This document shows positions 45,324-54,855 of a stretch of 64,000 bases of DNA, in pieces. The stretch spans positions 19,092-83,091 of the forward strand of contig DATKWU010000009.1 of NCBI GenBank assembly GCA_035529375.1, given 5' to 3'. Position numbers and translations under genes: made by a program. The DNA comes from Patescibacteria group bacterium (GTDB lineage: Bacteria > Patescibacteriota > Microgenomatia > PFEM01 > JAHIFH01). Position 1 is the stretch's first letter. Each line of letters begins with the position of its first letter. Below the pieces are notes generated by a model, which saw nothing but the letters and a program-made list of their open reading frames with translations, was not told where the DNA came from and searched no databases.

Positions 45324-46992
45324 TGATTAACCAACCGCCGATAAACAAAAGACTCGACAAAGTAAGAAAATCACCTATTATTCTGATTGGCGTTCTCTTT
45401 AGTTTGACATAAAAGTCATGTTCTCCTTCAGCGACGGCAAAGGTAATTAGCCCCAAATCATTTTGATAGTCAATCGGAGTTTCTTGACCATCAACCCGTA
45501 ATTCAAATTTGGGAAAATAAAACAAAGGCAATTGAATCTTGGCTTGTTCAGAAATAACCTTAATTTCTCCTTTTTGCCAGTCAGTCCCCTTTTCAAAATA
45601 GAAAACTTCCGCCTCACCAACAATCACTTCTGGCTGGGCTGGCGCTTTTCCCGCCGGCGGCGCTTTAGCAAAAACCGGCAAGTAATCAAAGATACTCGCC
45701 GTTACTTGTTTCTCCCAAAGTTCTCCAGAAAACTTATCTTGGTCAGTAATATCGAGCCAACCTATCGGCCTAAAATAGTTAACATTCAAGATGATCACTC
45801 CTGAAATCAATAAAATCCCCACTAACAGAGAATATTTTTTAAAATAAGAAACTATTGCTCCCGCCATCGTGGAAAAAGCAAAAATAACTAAGGCTAAAAA
45901 ACGCCAGGGAAACTGAAGGTAGGCTAAAAGGCTAATTTTATTCCAGATAAAAGTTGATCGCTGGTGAGCTAAAAAAGCACTGGCAAGCCCGACCGCTCCT
46001 AAAAAAATCAGGGTGAAAAAGGAAAACTTTTCCTTTTTCCAGAGTCGAAGACTAAAAACAAGAGCTAAAAAAGCAAAAAGCCAATGAAAAGTGCCGATCG
46101 CAAAAGTAAAATCATCGCCAGGCCCAAAGACGCTCGAACCATAGCCCCAATGGGTCGAAAAGAATAATTGGCGGAGAGAAACAAAGTGAGCCAGATAATT
46201 AAAGTAGCCGGAAAGCATTGATTCAACATGAACAAGATTTTTTTCAAAAACAACTGGTAAGATAAAAAAACCAGCCAGGCCGATACCAAGAATCGCCCCT
46301 CCAAGAATTTTGGGCAATAATTTCCACTCTCGATAATACCAAAGCAAAAACAGTCCCCAAAAAGCCGCGACGGGTGTAAAAATCAAAGAAGTAATATTAT
46401 GAGTTAAAAGCAGTCCTCCGTAACTCAAAGCCAAAAAGATAAGATATTTCGTCTTTTTTTGACGAACAAATTCAAGGATCGCCCAAAAAATTAATGGCAA
46501 AAAAACCAGGGCTGTAAATTCTCCTACGGCTCCCCGACTGTAAATGTCAGTCGCTCGATAGGGTGCATAAACATAAAAAACAGCCGCCACTAACCCGCCA
46601 AAATCGCCCCAAAGGGACCTTGACAGTAAAAACATGGCTAATCCGGAGAAAATAAAGGTCAAAATAAATTCAATCTTAATTGAAGCCAGGAAAGAAAAAC
46701 CAACCAAGTGAAAAACTTCCATCAGATAATAAGCTAAGGGAGGATAATAAATAAAGAGAGGATAGCCATAACCATAACCCAAATCAGGTACCCAGCGACA
46801 GGGAATTTGGCCATCCCGAAGACATTGATCAATCCCTAAAACCCTGATGGGCTGCATATCGTCATGCATCGGAAAATAACCAGGTCTCATCAGAGAATTA
46901 AAAGAAAAAAAGGCTAAAAAAAGCACCAGGAAAATAAAAAGAGGCAGTTTTAATTTTTTCATTAGTTTTAATTTTTTCATTTTTTCTGCCAA
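45301..46992 (-). CDS. Polytopic membrane protein of the same family, tandem paralog B
   Basis: 563 aa. MHDDMQPIRVLGIDQCLRDGQIPCRWVPDLGYGYGYPLFIYYP. Confidence 0.55.
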   Translation of the reverse strand: MAEKMKKLKLMKKLKLPLFIFLVLFLAFFSFNSLMRPGYFPMHDDMQPIRVLGIDQCLRDGQIPCRWVPDLGYGYGYPLFIYYPPLAYYLMEVFHLVGFSFLASIKIEFILTFIFSGLAMFLLSRSLWGDFGGLVAAVFYVYAPYRATDIYSRGAVGEFTALVFLPLIFWAILEFVRQKKTKYLIFLALSYGGLLLTHNITSLIFTPVAAFWGLFLLWYYREWKLLPKILGGAILGIGLAGFFILPVVFEKNLVHVESMLSGYFNYLAHFVSLRQLFFSTHWGYGSSVFGPGDDFTFAIGTFHWLFAFLALVFSLRLWKKEKFSFFTLIFLGAVGLASAFLAHQRSTFIWNKISLLAYLQFPWRFLALVIFAFSTMAGAIVSYFKKYSLLVGILLISGVIILNVNYFRPIGWLDITDQDKFSGELWEKQVTASIFDYLPVFAKAPPAGKAPAQPEVIVGEAEVFYFEKGTDWQKGEIKVISEQAKIQLPLFYFPKFELRVDGQETPIDYQNDLGLITFAVAEGEHDFYVKLKRTPIRIIGDFLTLSSLLFIGGWLINEKRKPK

Positions 46993-48581
46993 AATTCTTT
47001 CTTAACTTTAAAAAATAATAATTTATCCTCAATCCCCTTAGGGTTAATCGCTTTAGGATATTCTTGAATTAACTCCAACCCAGAAGCTTCCGGTGCTATC
47101 TGCAAACGACTCTGGTTGACCACCAGATAAACCTCATTATCAACCAAAGAATTGACTAAGCTGGGAGGAACACTAACAATTGGATAACCCACCCCAATCA
47201 CGGTTACGCCTGGGACTTTTTCCAAATAAATCTGCAAACCATCAGGCAGGGTTCCAAAAAAGCCTTCTGTGCCGACCAAGACACTTTTTTCTTTGGCTTT
47301 TTCCTTAACCAAGTCAGCAATTTCCTTAATTCCTTGGCCGGCTGACCATTCTTCAAGATAACCAGAACGCATTCTTCTTGGCAACGGCGCTTTTTCTGGT
47401 TGGGTCAATAAGAAATAATTATAATAAAGAGAAGGAATGATAATTAACAAAATCAGCAACCAAGAAACTGATAAACTAGATTGGACTTTTTTTTGGAACG
47501 AAACAGCCAATTTCTCAATCACCGCCACATAGAAATAGGCCGCTAAGATAATTAAAGGCCAAACAGTGAAAAGAATATAACGGGGCGTAAAGACCTTGGC
47601 AAAAACGGCTTGACCAAATAAGGGCAAAGTACTGATGAGAAAAAGCCAAGTGGCCTGTTGCCAATTTTCTCTCTTAAGCCACATCCAGGCTAAAGCCGCC
47701 AAAGCCAAAATTAAGATTGGCCAAGTCAGAAGATTAGGTAACCATCTAACCAAATCAAAAAAATGGGGTTTAAGAGGATCGAGAGGGTGAGCCAGAATAT
47801 CTTTAAACGAAAAGACGTAATCTTTATTTCGTAAAGCGATCATCTGGAAGTTAGCACCTAAACGGAGTAAATTATAAATCCCAAAAGCAAAAGCATAAAC
47901 CACACCCCAAAGAGAAACTGCCTGGCCAAAATGACGCCACTTCGCCAATTTTTTCAGCCGTCTAGTGGGAAAGGGATGAAATAAAAAAACAGTTGGTAAT
48001 AAAATGGCAAAAAAGAGCGCTGGTGATTTGGTGATTAAAGCGGCGCCCAAAATCATCCCGCTAATCATCGCCAGATCAAGACGCAAATGGCGAATTAAAA
48101 GAATCCCAAAATAAAAAACCCAAATCCCCCACATCGCCAATAAAGAATCAACTAAAGCCATCCGGTCAAAAAAAACAAAAAAGGGCACTATCGCATAAAA
48201 CAGGGCAGCGATTAAAGCCGTCTTTTTATCTTTAAAAAGAGCCAGAGTTAAAAGAAAAATACCAATTAAGGAGCCTAAGCCGGCCATGACTGATAAAAAT
48301 CTGCCAGCCGCCAGCGGGTTCTTAATCACCGCCAAAATTCCCATTAAAAGCCACATGAACAGGGGCTGTTTGCCGTCAGAAAGAGGTAAAAAACGCAGCG
48401 TCGGTTCGGCCTTCATTACTTGAGACCAGCGAATATAAATGGCCTCATCAGCAAAAATAGGGAGAATGGTTAAATTAATCAGTCGTAAGAAAAAGAAAAT
48501 CACTAAAATAACCATCCCCAAGCCCAACACCCAACCATAATCTTTTTTTAGCCTTTTAATCATAATCGCCTCGCCAGTCAT
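46977..48581 (-). CDS. GT-C glycosyltransferase, ArnT/PMT-like (GT83/GT39-like)
   Basis: 534 aa. The first loop INLTILPIFADEAIYIRWSQ carries the conserved acidic DE motif of ArnT-like enzymes. Has about 12 TM plus a C-terminal soluble domain. Confidence 0.7.
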   Translation of the reverse strand: MTGEAIMIKRLKKDYGWVLGLGMVILVIFFFLRLINLTILPIFADEAIYIRWSQVMKAEPTLRFLPLSDGKQPLFMWLLMGILAVIKNPLAAGRFLSVMAGLGSLIGIFLLTLALFKDKKTALIAALFYAIVPFFVFFDRMALVDSLLAMWGIWVFYFGILLIRHLRLDLAMISGMILGAALITKSPALFFAILLPTVFLFHPFPTRRLKKLAKWRHFGQAVSLWGVVYAFAFGIYNLLRLGANFQMIALRNKDYVFSFKDILAHPLDPLKPHFFDLVRWLPNLLTWPILILALAALAWMWLKRENWQQATWLFLISTLPLFGQAVFAKVFTPRYILFTVWPLIILAAYFYVAVIEKLAVSFQKKVQSSLSVSWLLILLIIIPSLYYNYFLLTQPEKAPLPRRMRSGYLEEWSAGQGIKEIADLVKEKAKEKSVLVGTEGFFGTLPDGLQIYLEKVPGVTVIGVGYPIVSVPPSLVNSLVDNEVYLVVNQSRLQIAPEASGLELIQEYPKAINPKGIEDKLLFFKVKKEFWQKK

Positions 48582-49308
48582 TGATTTTAACTCTTAAAAT
48601 CTCGAAAAGCATTTCCTTCGACTCTTTGATAAAATTTTTTTGTTTGCCGCCAACCACATCTCTATCTTCCCAGGCCACCGGCACCTCTTTAATCCGATAG
48701 CCTTTTTTTTCAGCCACAAAAAGCATTTCGACATCCCAAGCACCTACCCGCCAACCTTTTATTTCAGTTATTTGTTTAAAAATCCGCATCTTTCTAAAAA
48801 CCTCCTTACCGGCCTTCCTCTTAAAAGCCTTAAAACCACACTGGGTATCAATAATTTTGGGTAGGAAAAAGATTTGCCGAAAAGACCGGAAACCCCAGGA
48901 AATAATTTTCCGGTACCAAGGAAAGCGTTTCCTTTCTTTGCCTCGAGAGCCAATCACAATCTTAAAATCTTCTTCAAACCAGGGAAGTAATTTTTCCATC
49001 TCTTTAATGGGGACTGACAAATCCATATCCGTAAATAAGATAATCTCTCCTTTTGCTTTTTCCAAACCCGACTTAATGGCAAAAGGCTTACCAGCATGTT
49101 TATTTTTCTTTATTTTGAAACGAGAATGATATTGAGAGAATTTTTCAACCATTTTTAAACTCTTATCAGTTGAACCGTCATCAGAAACAATGACTTCACT
49201 AACATAATCTTGTTTTTTAAGATATTGATCAATTTCCTCTAAAACGCCTCTTTTGAGATTTTTCTCCTCGTTGAACATGGGAATAACAACAGAAAGATAG
49301 GGCTTCAT
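48556..49308 (-). CDS. GT2 polyprenyl-phosphate glycosyltransferase (DPM1/GtrB/ArnC-like)
   Basis: 250 aa. LSVVIPMFNEEKNL...EVIVSDDGSTDKS...ILFTDMDLS has the GtrB/ArnC-like size and motifs. It sits immediately upstream of, and overlaps, an ArnT-like GT-C gene. Confidence 0.75.
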   Translation of the reverse strand: MKPYLSVVIPMFNEEKNLKRGVLEEIDQYLKKQDYVSEVIVSDDGSTDKSLKMVEKFSQYHSRFKIKKNKHAGKPFAIKSGLEKAKGEIILFTDMDLSVPIKEMEKLLPWFEEDFKIVIGSRGKERKRFPWYRKIISWGFRSFRQIFFLPKIIDTQCGFKAFKRKAGKEVFRKMRIFKQITEIKGWRVGAWDVEMLFVAEKKGYRIKEVPVAWEDRDVVGGKQKNFIKESKEMLFEILRVKINDWRGDYD

Positions 49309-49338
49309 TTTTCTTTAAAGAAATTATACCTTATCCGC

Positions 49339-52300
49339 CTAAGGTTTAAAACCTGGAGGGATTTTGAGCCCAATGCCTCCATAAATTTCCTCAACTTCTT
49401 GAGGAGGAATGACTATTTGAAAAAGAGGGTCATCAGGATTTTGGCTTGGTTTGACTTGATAAAAGTCAAAGAGATAACGATAGCCGGCATTCATTCCCAG
49501 AGGGACTGAATAAGAAACATTGAATTTTTCTTCCTTGGCAATCTCGCCAATTCTCAAAACTACTTTTTCCTTATAATTTAAGCCTAATTGTTTGGACCCA
49601 AGTTGATTGACTAACTGACTACCTCTGAATAATAAAAGAAACAAGATTAAGAGAAAAACCAGTTGCCATTTTCTCATCACTTTAATTAAAAAGAGAGTCA
49701 AAAACAAAGCTAAAAAGGGATAAAGGAAATTAAAATAATATTCTGAAGGTCTCTGGCCAAAAATAGTAAAACCAAAAGGAAAGATTAACCAAAGAATGGT
49801 GGTGGCTAAATAAAACTTTTTCTTAAACTCTTCCGATTCTTTCTGCCAAAGAAAGATAATTATTCCCAAGGGCAAAAGATAAAATAAGAGAGGGAAAAAA
49901 GGAAGGTTAAAACCGCCAAAACCAGAGCTAATATTTCGCCAAACGGGCAGCCAGGCAAATAAATCGACTCCCCCGTTTTTCGGGGTAAGAAAATTAATCA
50001 ATGATCTGGTATTTAAGAACTGATGGCGCCAATCAAAAAGAAAAAGCGGTAAAAAAGTCAAGCCGATACCGATTAAAAAAGTAATTATTCTTTTGAAATT
50101 CAGTTTTTTATTAATCAGGAAAACTAAACTAAAAGGAATTAAATAGATTAATTGAAAATGAAAGTTAATTCCCATGCCGATTACTAAACCAAGGATTAAG
50201 CTAAAGACAAGAGAAGGTTTCTTAAAATACTTTGCCAAGAAAAACCAACTAAAGATAACCATTAAGGGCACTAAAATTGGATTCCAGGCAATTTGATCAA
50301 TCTCAATTAAGGATGGATGGAGTGACCAAATCAGGAGAAAAATCAAAGCGATTTGGCGATCAAACAACTTTTGCAATAGCCAATAAGCCAAAGCAAAAAA
50401 AGAAAGATTATAAAAGACAATAAATAAAACAATTGCTTGGGGATGAAGGGTAGTGATGAAGTAAAAAGGAGTTAAAAGATAGGTAAAATAAGGACCAAGG
50501 AAAAAGCCTTCTGGCCCCAAAACTCGAGGACCGATTAAAGTCAACTTCCCTTCCGTCAAGATCTGCTTAACGACCAAGGCGTCTCGTTCTTGATCCCAAT
50601 CAAAAATGACTCTTTCGTTAAGATGATAAAAACGGAAAAAAGAAAAAATTAGGAAAACAAGTAAAAGAGGAATCAGAAAAGAAAATTTTTTGAATTTTGG
50701 CAAATTTAATTTCGTTTTCCAAAAAAGTAAAACTAACCATGAAAGTAAAAAGAAGAGGCTAAGGCCATTGAAAAATTTCTGGGTTGGTGTTTGGACAATT
50801 CTCCATTCAACAGAATTATCACCTACATCTAACTTCACATTTTTTAAACAAATTCTGCCTTGACAATTAAAGTCATTTTGAACCAAATTTTGGTTAAAAA
50901 ATAACTGATAAGCTCCAGGAAAATATTCCAAATTGAGCCTGATGTCAGTCTCCAGCTCAACTGGACTCTCAAGAGTGATTTTGCCAAAGGTGTTGCCGCG
51001 TTCTACCTGATACGGGATTTCCACTCCTTCTTCTAAAGTCTTTATTGTTCCGCTCTGTTGGGCAAAAGGCGGCGGTTGATATTCTTCTGGAGAAGGTTTA
51101 ATTCTAGCAACGAAAGCATCGGCTTTTTCTATTGGGCCGACAAGAATGAAAGGTTCTTCAAAAGTACATCCCTTCTCGCTTTCACGATATAAAACATCAT
51201 CTTCAAAAGTAGTGGTGGAAAACCGGTGAATGTGGCGGCTTTCAAATTGGTAATAGGGGGTGATATCGTTGGTCGGTTGGGATAAAAGATGATTTCTATT
51301 ACCCACCAGGGCAAAAAAGATAAAAATAAAGGCTAAGCCTAAAGAAACCTTTTTCTCCTTTATCTTAGCTAAAAGAAATCCAGCGAGAGCGGCAATCGTA
51401 AAGCTAGTCACCCCCAAAAGTCGCCAAGAGAATTGAATTTTTTGAAGAAAAACTACTCTTTCCCAAAGAAAAAGCGAGTAAGGCAAGATAAGAAAAATTA
51501 AAAATAAGGAAAGAAAAAACCAGGAAAGAATCAGCGAATTTTCAAGGAAATATTGTCGTCTTTTTTTACTTCTTAGCCACTCCCAAACAAGAAACAAACC
51601 AGAGAAAAAAAGAACTAACCATTGGGCATAACCAAGCATAAAGGACATTTGATCATATTTTGTTCCCGGAGAAGAGTAATAATAGCCCCAAGGAGAACGA
51701 ATTAACTGTCTTAAAGTAGGAAAATGGTCCTGATAATTAATTGTCTGGAGGGTCGCGAGTCTAGTTTGACCTTGTTCCACCCAGGCGGGACCAATAAAAA
51801 AGGCAGCTAAACCAAAAAAACTTAAAAAAACCAAAAGGATAAAAACAATTTTCGTTTTGTCAAAAAACTTAAGCAAAATCATTTTATAAAGAATAAAAAA
51901 AGCAATAATCGGCAAGAGAAACATCGCCGCAAAGTTGTGGGAAATTAATAATAAGCTACCAACAATCACGGTTAAAAATCCTTTTAAATAAAGCGATTTA
52001 CCTTTGAGCTTGTCTTCAAACAAACCACTGATCAGAAAAAGCAATAACGGTAAAATCAGATAACTCATAAATTCGGGGCTGCCACGGACGAAAATTAGTA
52101 AAAAACGATAGGGGACAAAAAGATAGAGAATGGCGCCAACAAAACTGGCTAAGTAGTTTTTAGTCTCTCTTGAAAGCCAAAGATAAAAAAAGACGGGAGT
52201 CAAGAGAAGGGTGAAAAAATAAATAAACTTCAAAGAGAGAATCACATCGTTTACCAAAAAGTTGATAAGAAAAACGAGATAATAAATCAGGGGGTAGAAA

Positions 52301-52533
52301 AAATTATAGATAGGGATACCACCGTAATGATTTAAACTCCCGGCCCAGCGAAGAGGAAAATGGCCTTCTTTCAAAGTCGTAATTGCATCAAAACTCCGGG
52401 CGATATGGTGGTCGCCATCGTGGGTAAAAAAAGCATAGTGAGTAAAAAGACCTTTTGAGCAATAAACTCCCAGAAAAGCTAACACCAAAATAGCAATCAG
52501 CGAGAATTTATTTTTTTTCAAGAATTTCTTCAT
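49339..52533 (-). CDS. 1064-aa fusion of two GT-C-type membrane domains (N: YfhO-related HDD-family; C: ArnT-like DE-motif family)
   Basis: The N-terminus THDGDHHIARSFDAITTLKEGHFPLRWAGSLNHYGGIPIYNFFYP parallels ORFs 43623/45301. Around residue 600, FYHLNERVIFDWDQERDALVVKQILTEGKLTLIGPRV parallels the N-terminus of ORF 52508 (FYRLPEYMTFLGDEGRDALVWLRMIRNGKFVLIGPV). Confidence 0.6.
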   Translation of the reverse strand: MKKFLKKNKFSLIAILVLAFLGVYCSKGLFTHYAFFTHDGDHHIARSFDAITTLKEGHFPLRWAGSLNHYGGIPIYNFFYPLIYYLVFLINFLVNDVILSLKFIYFFTLLLTPVFFYLWLSRETKNYLASFVGAILYLFVPYRFLLIFVRGSPEFMSYLILPLLLFLISGLFEDKLKGKSLYLKGFLTVIVGSLLLISHNFAAMFLLPIIAFFILYKMILLKFFDKTKIVFILLVFLSFFGLAAFFIGPAWVEQGQTRLATLQTINYQDHFPTLRQLIRSPWGYYYSSPGTKYDQMSFMLGYAQWLVLFFSGLFLVWEWLRSKKRRQYFLENSLILSWFFLSLFLIFLILPYSLFLWERVVFLQKIQFSWRLLGVTSFTIAALAGFLLAKIKEKKVSLGLAFIFIFFALVGNRNHLLSQPTNDITPYYQFESRHIHRFSTTTFEDDVLYRESEKGCTFEEPFILVGPIEKADAFVARIKPSPEEYQPPPFAQQSGTIKTLEEGVEIPYQVERGNTFGKITLESPVELETDIRLNLEYFPGAYQLFFNQNLVQNDFNCQGRICLKNVKLDVGDNSVEWRIVQTPTQKFFNGLSLFFLLSWLVLLFWKTKLNLPKFKKFSFLIPLLLVFLIFSFFRFYHLNERVIFDWDQERDALVVKQILTEGKLTLIGPRVLGPEGFFLGPYFTYLLTPFYFITTLHPQAIVLFIVFYNLSFFALAYWLLQKLFDRQIALIFLLIWSLHPSLIEIDQIAWNPILVPLMVIFSWFFLAKYFKKPSLVFSLILGLVIGMGINFHFQLIYLIPFSLVFLINKKLNFKRIITFLIGIGLTFLPLFLFDWRHQFLNTRSLINFLTPKNGGVDLFAWLPVWRNISSGFGGFNLPFFPLLFYLLPLGIIIFLWQKESEEFKKKFYLATTILWLIFPFGFTIFGQRPSEYYFNFLYPFLALFLTLFLIKVMRKWQLVFLLILFLLLFRGSQLVNQLGSKQLGLNYKEKVVLRIGEIAKEEKFNVSYSVPLGMNAGYRYLFDFYQVKPSQNPDDPLFQIVIPPQEVEEIYGGIGLKIPPGFKP

Positions 52534-54088
52534 TAGGGTAAGAGTGGATCAATTTGTAAATTTTAATCCCTTTGACTTCCCACTCTTGGTCAATTTTAGA
52601 CCAACCAAAATTAGCGATTTCTGCTTGAGGATCAGTGGTCGGCTGACAAGGCAGTTTTTCGCAGACAACAAAAAGCTGGTCCGTAATCGTCTCTTCAGTT
52701 CTTAGGGGTTCGATTGCCGTTGGCGGTATCCCCCACTTCTCCATAAAAAAGGCATAAGCCGCCGCGTAATTTCTTTCGGCAATTAAACCAAGATTAAAAG
52801 GCTTGCCCTTGGCTTGACCAACGAGAAATTGGGCTATTTCCTGAGTCCTCCCTAATTGATTATTCGAAGCTCTTTTTAAAAGATTGTTTTGACAGGCTAA
52901 AGAGATAAGAAAAGTGAAAATAACGAAAAAAATAATTTTCCCGTAGATTTTTTTCTGCCAAGTTTGAGACAAAACCCAACCAACTAAAAGAAAAGGCGCG
53001 GGAAAGAAAAAGCCGAAATAATGATCATAGATATGCTGTTTGTAATTACCTAAACCAAACAAACCAACAATTAACCAAATTAAGATGAGAAACAGGGGTT
53101 TGTTTTCCTGCCAAATCTTTGACCAGTTTGGCTTTCTAGAATAACGATTAAAACTAAAACCAACTAATCCTAAAATTGTTAGAATTACCAGCCAACCACC
53201 ATAGGCTTCGTTTTTAGCGGCAATTAATCTTGTCCATACCTGTGAAGCTAAATTCCAGATTTGAGGAATAGCTTTATAAAACTTAAGATTAACGGTTGTC
53301 TGACGAACAGTGAAAAAGGCTTTAAAAGCCTTAAAATTAATAAAATTATGACGTAAATCAAACCAAGCTAAAGGAAGAATTGTCAGAACGCCAAAAATTA
53401 AAACACAGACCAGAGTGTAAAGAAACAAAGATTTTATTTTAGCCTTGTTTTTCAAGACGTCTTTTAAAGTTAAAAGCCAAAAGAAACTGACTGTCGGAAT
53501 TAAAAGTAAACCCAGATAATGAGATTGCAGGGCAAAGGATAAACCAAGACCAACAATCGGAATCCACCAAAATCTTTGTTTGAGCCAAAATTGATAAACA
53601 CCATAAATTGTTAGTAAAGCGAAAAAAGGCATAATATTAGGATTCCAAGAAGAACGAGAGTAAACAATGACCACCGGTGAAACCGCGTAGAGTAAGGCCG
53701 CAATTAAACCAGCTTGTTGATCAAACCATTCACGGCCGACCCACCAAACAAAACCGATAGTCACCACCCCTAAGAAAGCTACCATCGCACTCGGACCAAT
53801 TGGTGATAAACCAAAAAGAAAAAACCAAGGTAAGGCAAAATAATAATATAAAGGGCCAAGATACATATTACCAATGGAAGTCACCGGACCAATTAAAACA
53901 AACTTTCCGTTTCTAATCATCCTTAACCAAACAAGAGCGTCTCGACCTTCATCACCCAAAAAAGTCATGTACTCAGGGAGGCGATAAAAACGTAAAAAAG
54001 CACCAACCAGAAGAATCAGACTTAAAATGATGACTTCAGTCTGATTATTTTTAACAAACTTGACTATTTTCTTTTTAAATATCTTCAT
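52508..54088 (-). CDS. GT-C glycosyltransferase, ArnT/PMT-like
   Basis: 526 aa. The FLGDEGRDALVW acidic loop follows TM1 and is followed by about 12 TM. Confidence 0.7.
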   Translation of the reverse strand: MKIFKKKIVKFVKNNQTEVIILSLILLVGAFLRFYRLPEYMTFLGDEGRDALVWLRMIRNGKFVLIGPVTSIGNMYLGPLYYYFALPWFFLFGLSPIGPSAMVAFLGVVTIGFVWWVGREWFDQQAGLIAALLYAVSPVVIVYSRSSWNPNIMPFFALLTIYGVYQFWLKQRFWWIPIVGLGLSFALQSHYLGLLLIPTVSFFWLLTLKDVLKNKAKIKSLFLYTLVCVLIFGVLTILPLAWFDLRHNFINFKAFKAFFTVRQTTVNLKFYKAIPQIWNLASQVWTRLIAAKNEAYGGWLVILTILGLVGFSFNRYSRKPNWSKIWQENKPLFLILIWLIVGLFGLGNYKQHIYDHYFGFFFPAPFLLVGWVLSQTWQKKIYGKIIFFVIFTFLISLACQNNLLKRASNNQLGRTQEIAQFLVGQAKGKPFNLGLIAERNYAAAYAFFMEKWGIPPTAIEPLRTEETITDQLFVVCEKLPCQPTTDPQAEIANFGWSKIDQEWEVKGIKIYKLIHSYPNEEILEKK

Positions 54089-54806
54089 TTTTTAATTTCT
54101 TTAATTTTTTTCTTAATCTAAAAAGATCAGTCAAACCACCCAGAATCACTTTTAAGCTTGCTCCCGTGGCTTGGCCTTCTTGCCTGGGAAGATGACGGAC
54201 CCCTATTTCTACAATTTTGAAGCCCGCCTTTTTGGCTTTGATTAATAACTCACTGGTAATAAAAGGACCTCTTTCGGATTCAAGTGCCGGTATTTTTTCA
54301 ATTACTTCTTTTTTAATCATTTTAAAACCACAATCAATGTCTTTTACTTTTAAACCAAAAAGAAAATAAACCGCTGGTTGCCATAAATATTTTGACCCCC
54401 AAATCCGATAAAAAGGCACTTGGCGCTTCAGGTAATAACCAATTACCAAATCCGCCTTAGTTTCCTGTTGAGTTTTAATGAATTCTGTCACTTCACTAAA
54501 ATCAAACTGACCGTCACCATCAGTAAAAACAATCCAGGGATATTGAGAATGATAAAGACCGGATTTAAGCGCCGCCCCATAGCCACGATTGGGGGTGTGG
54601 GTAATCAAGCGAATACGGGATTCTTTTTTTATCAAGCTCCTAACAATCTCACCCGTCTTATCAGTTGAACCATCATCAATCACCATTACTTCCCATTTTT
54701 TGGCTACCTGGGGAATAATCTTAAGAGCTTTAGTGACGGTAGCCTCAATATTAGCTTCTTCATTGTAGGCCGGAAAGAAAACCGAAAGGGCGTCTAGCTT
54801 CTCCAT
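54075..54806 (-). CDS. GT2 polyprenyl-phosphate glycosyltransferase (DPM1/GtrB/ArnC-like)
   Basis: 243 aa. LSVFFPAYNEEANI...VMVIDDGSTDKT...IVFTDGDGQ. It is adjacent to, and overlaps, a GT-C gene. Confidence 0.75.
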   Translation of the reverse strand: MEKLDALSVFFPAYNEEANIEATVTKALKIIPQVAKKWEVMVIDDGSTDKTGEIVRSLIKKESRIRLITHTPNRGYGAALKSGLYHSQYPWIVFTDGDGQFDFSEVTEFIKTQQETKADLVIGYYLKRQVPFYRIWGSKYLWQPAVYFLFGLKVKDIDCGFKMIKKEVIEKIPALESERGPFITSELLIKAKKAGFKIVEIGVRHLPRQEGQATGASLKVILGGLTDLFRLRKKLKKLKNEDI

Positions 54807-54855
54807 CAGTTAGAATTATAGCAAATAGGAATGAGCTTATGCTATTATAGAGACG

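Noticed and set aside
48640-49129. Three small overlapping ORFs (48640..48864 +, 48768..48953 -, 48857..49129 +)
   Set aside because: They lie inside or antisense to the GtrB-like GT2 gene 48556..49308, whose translation has clear GT2 motifs.
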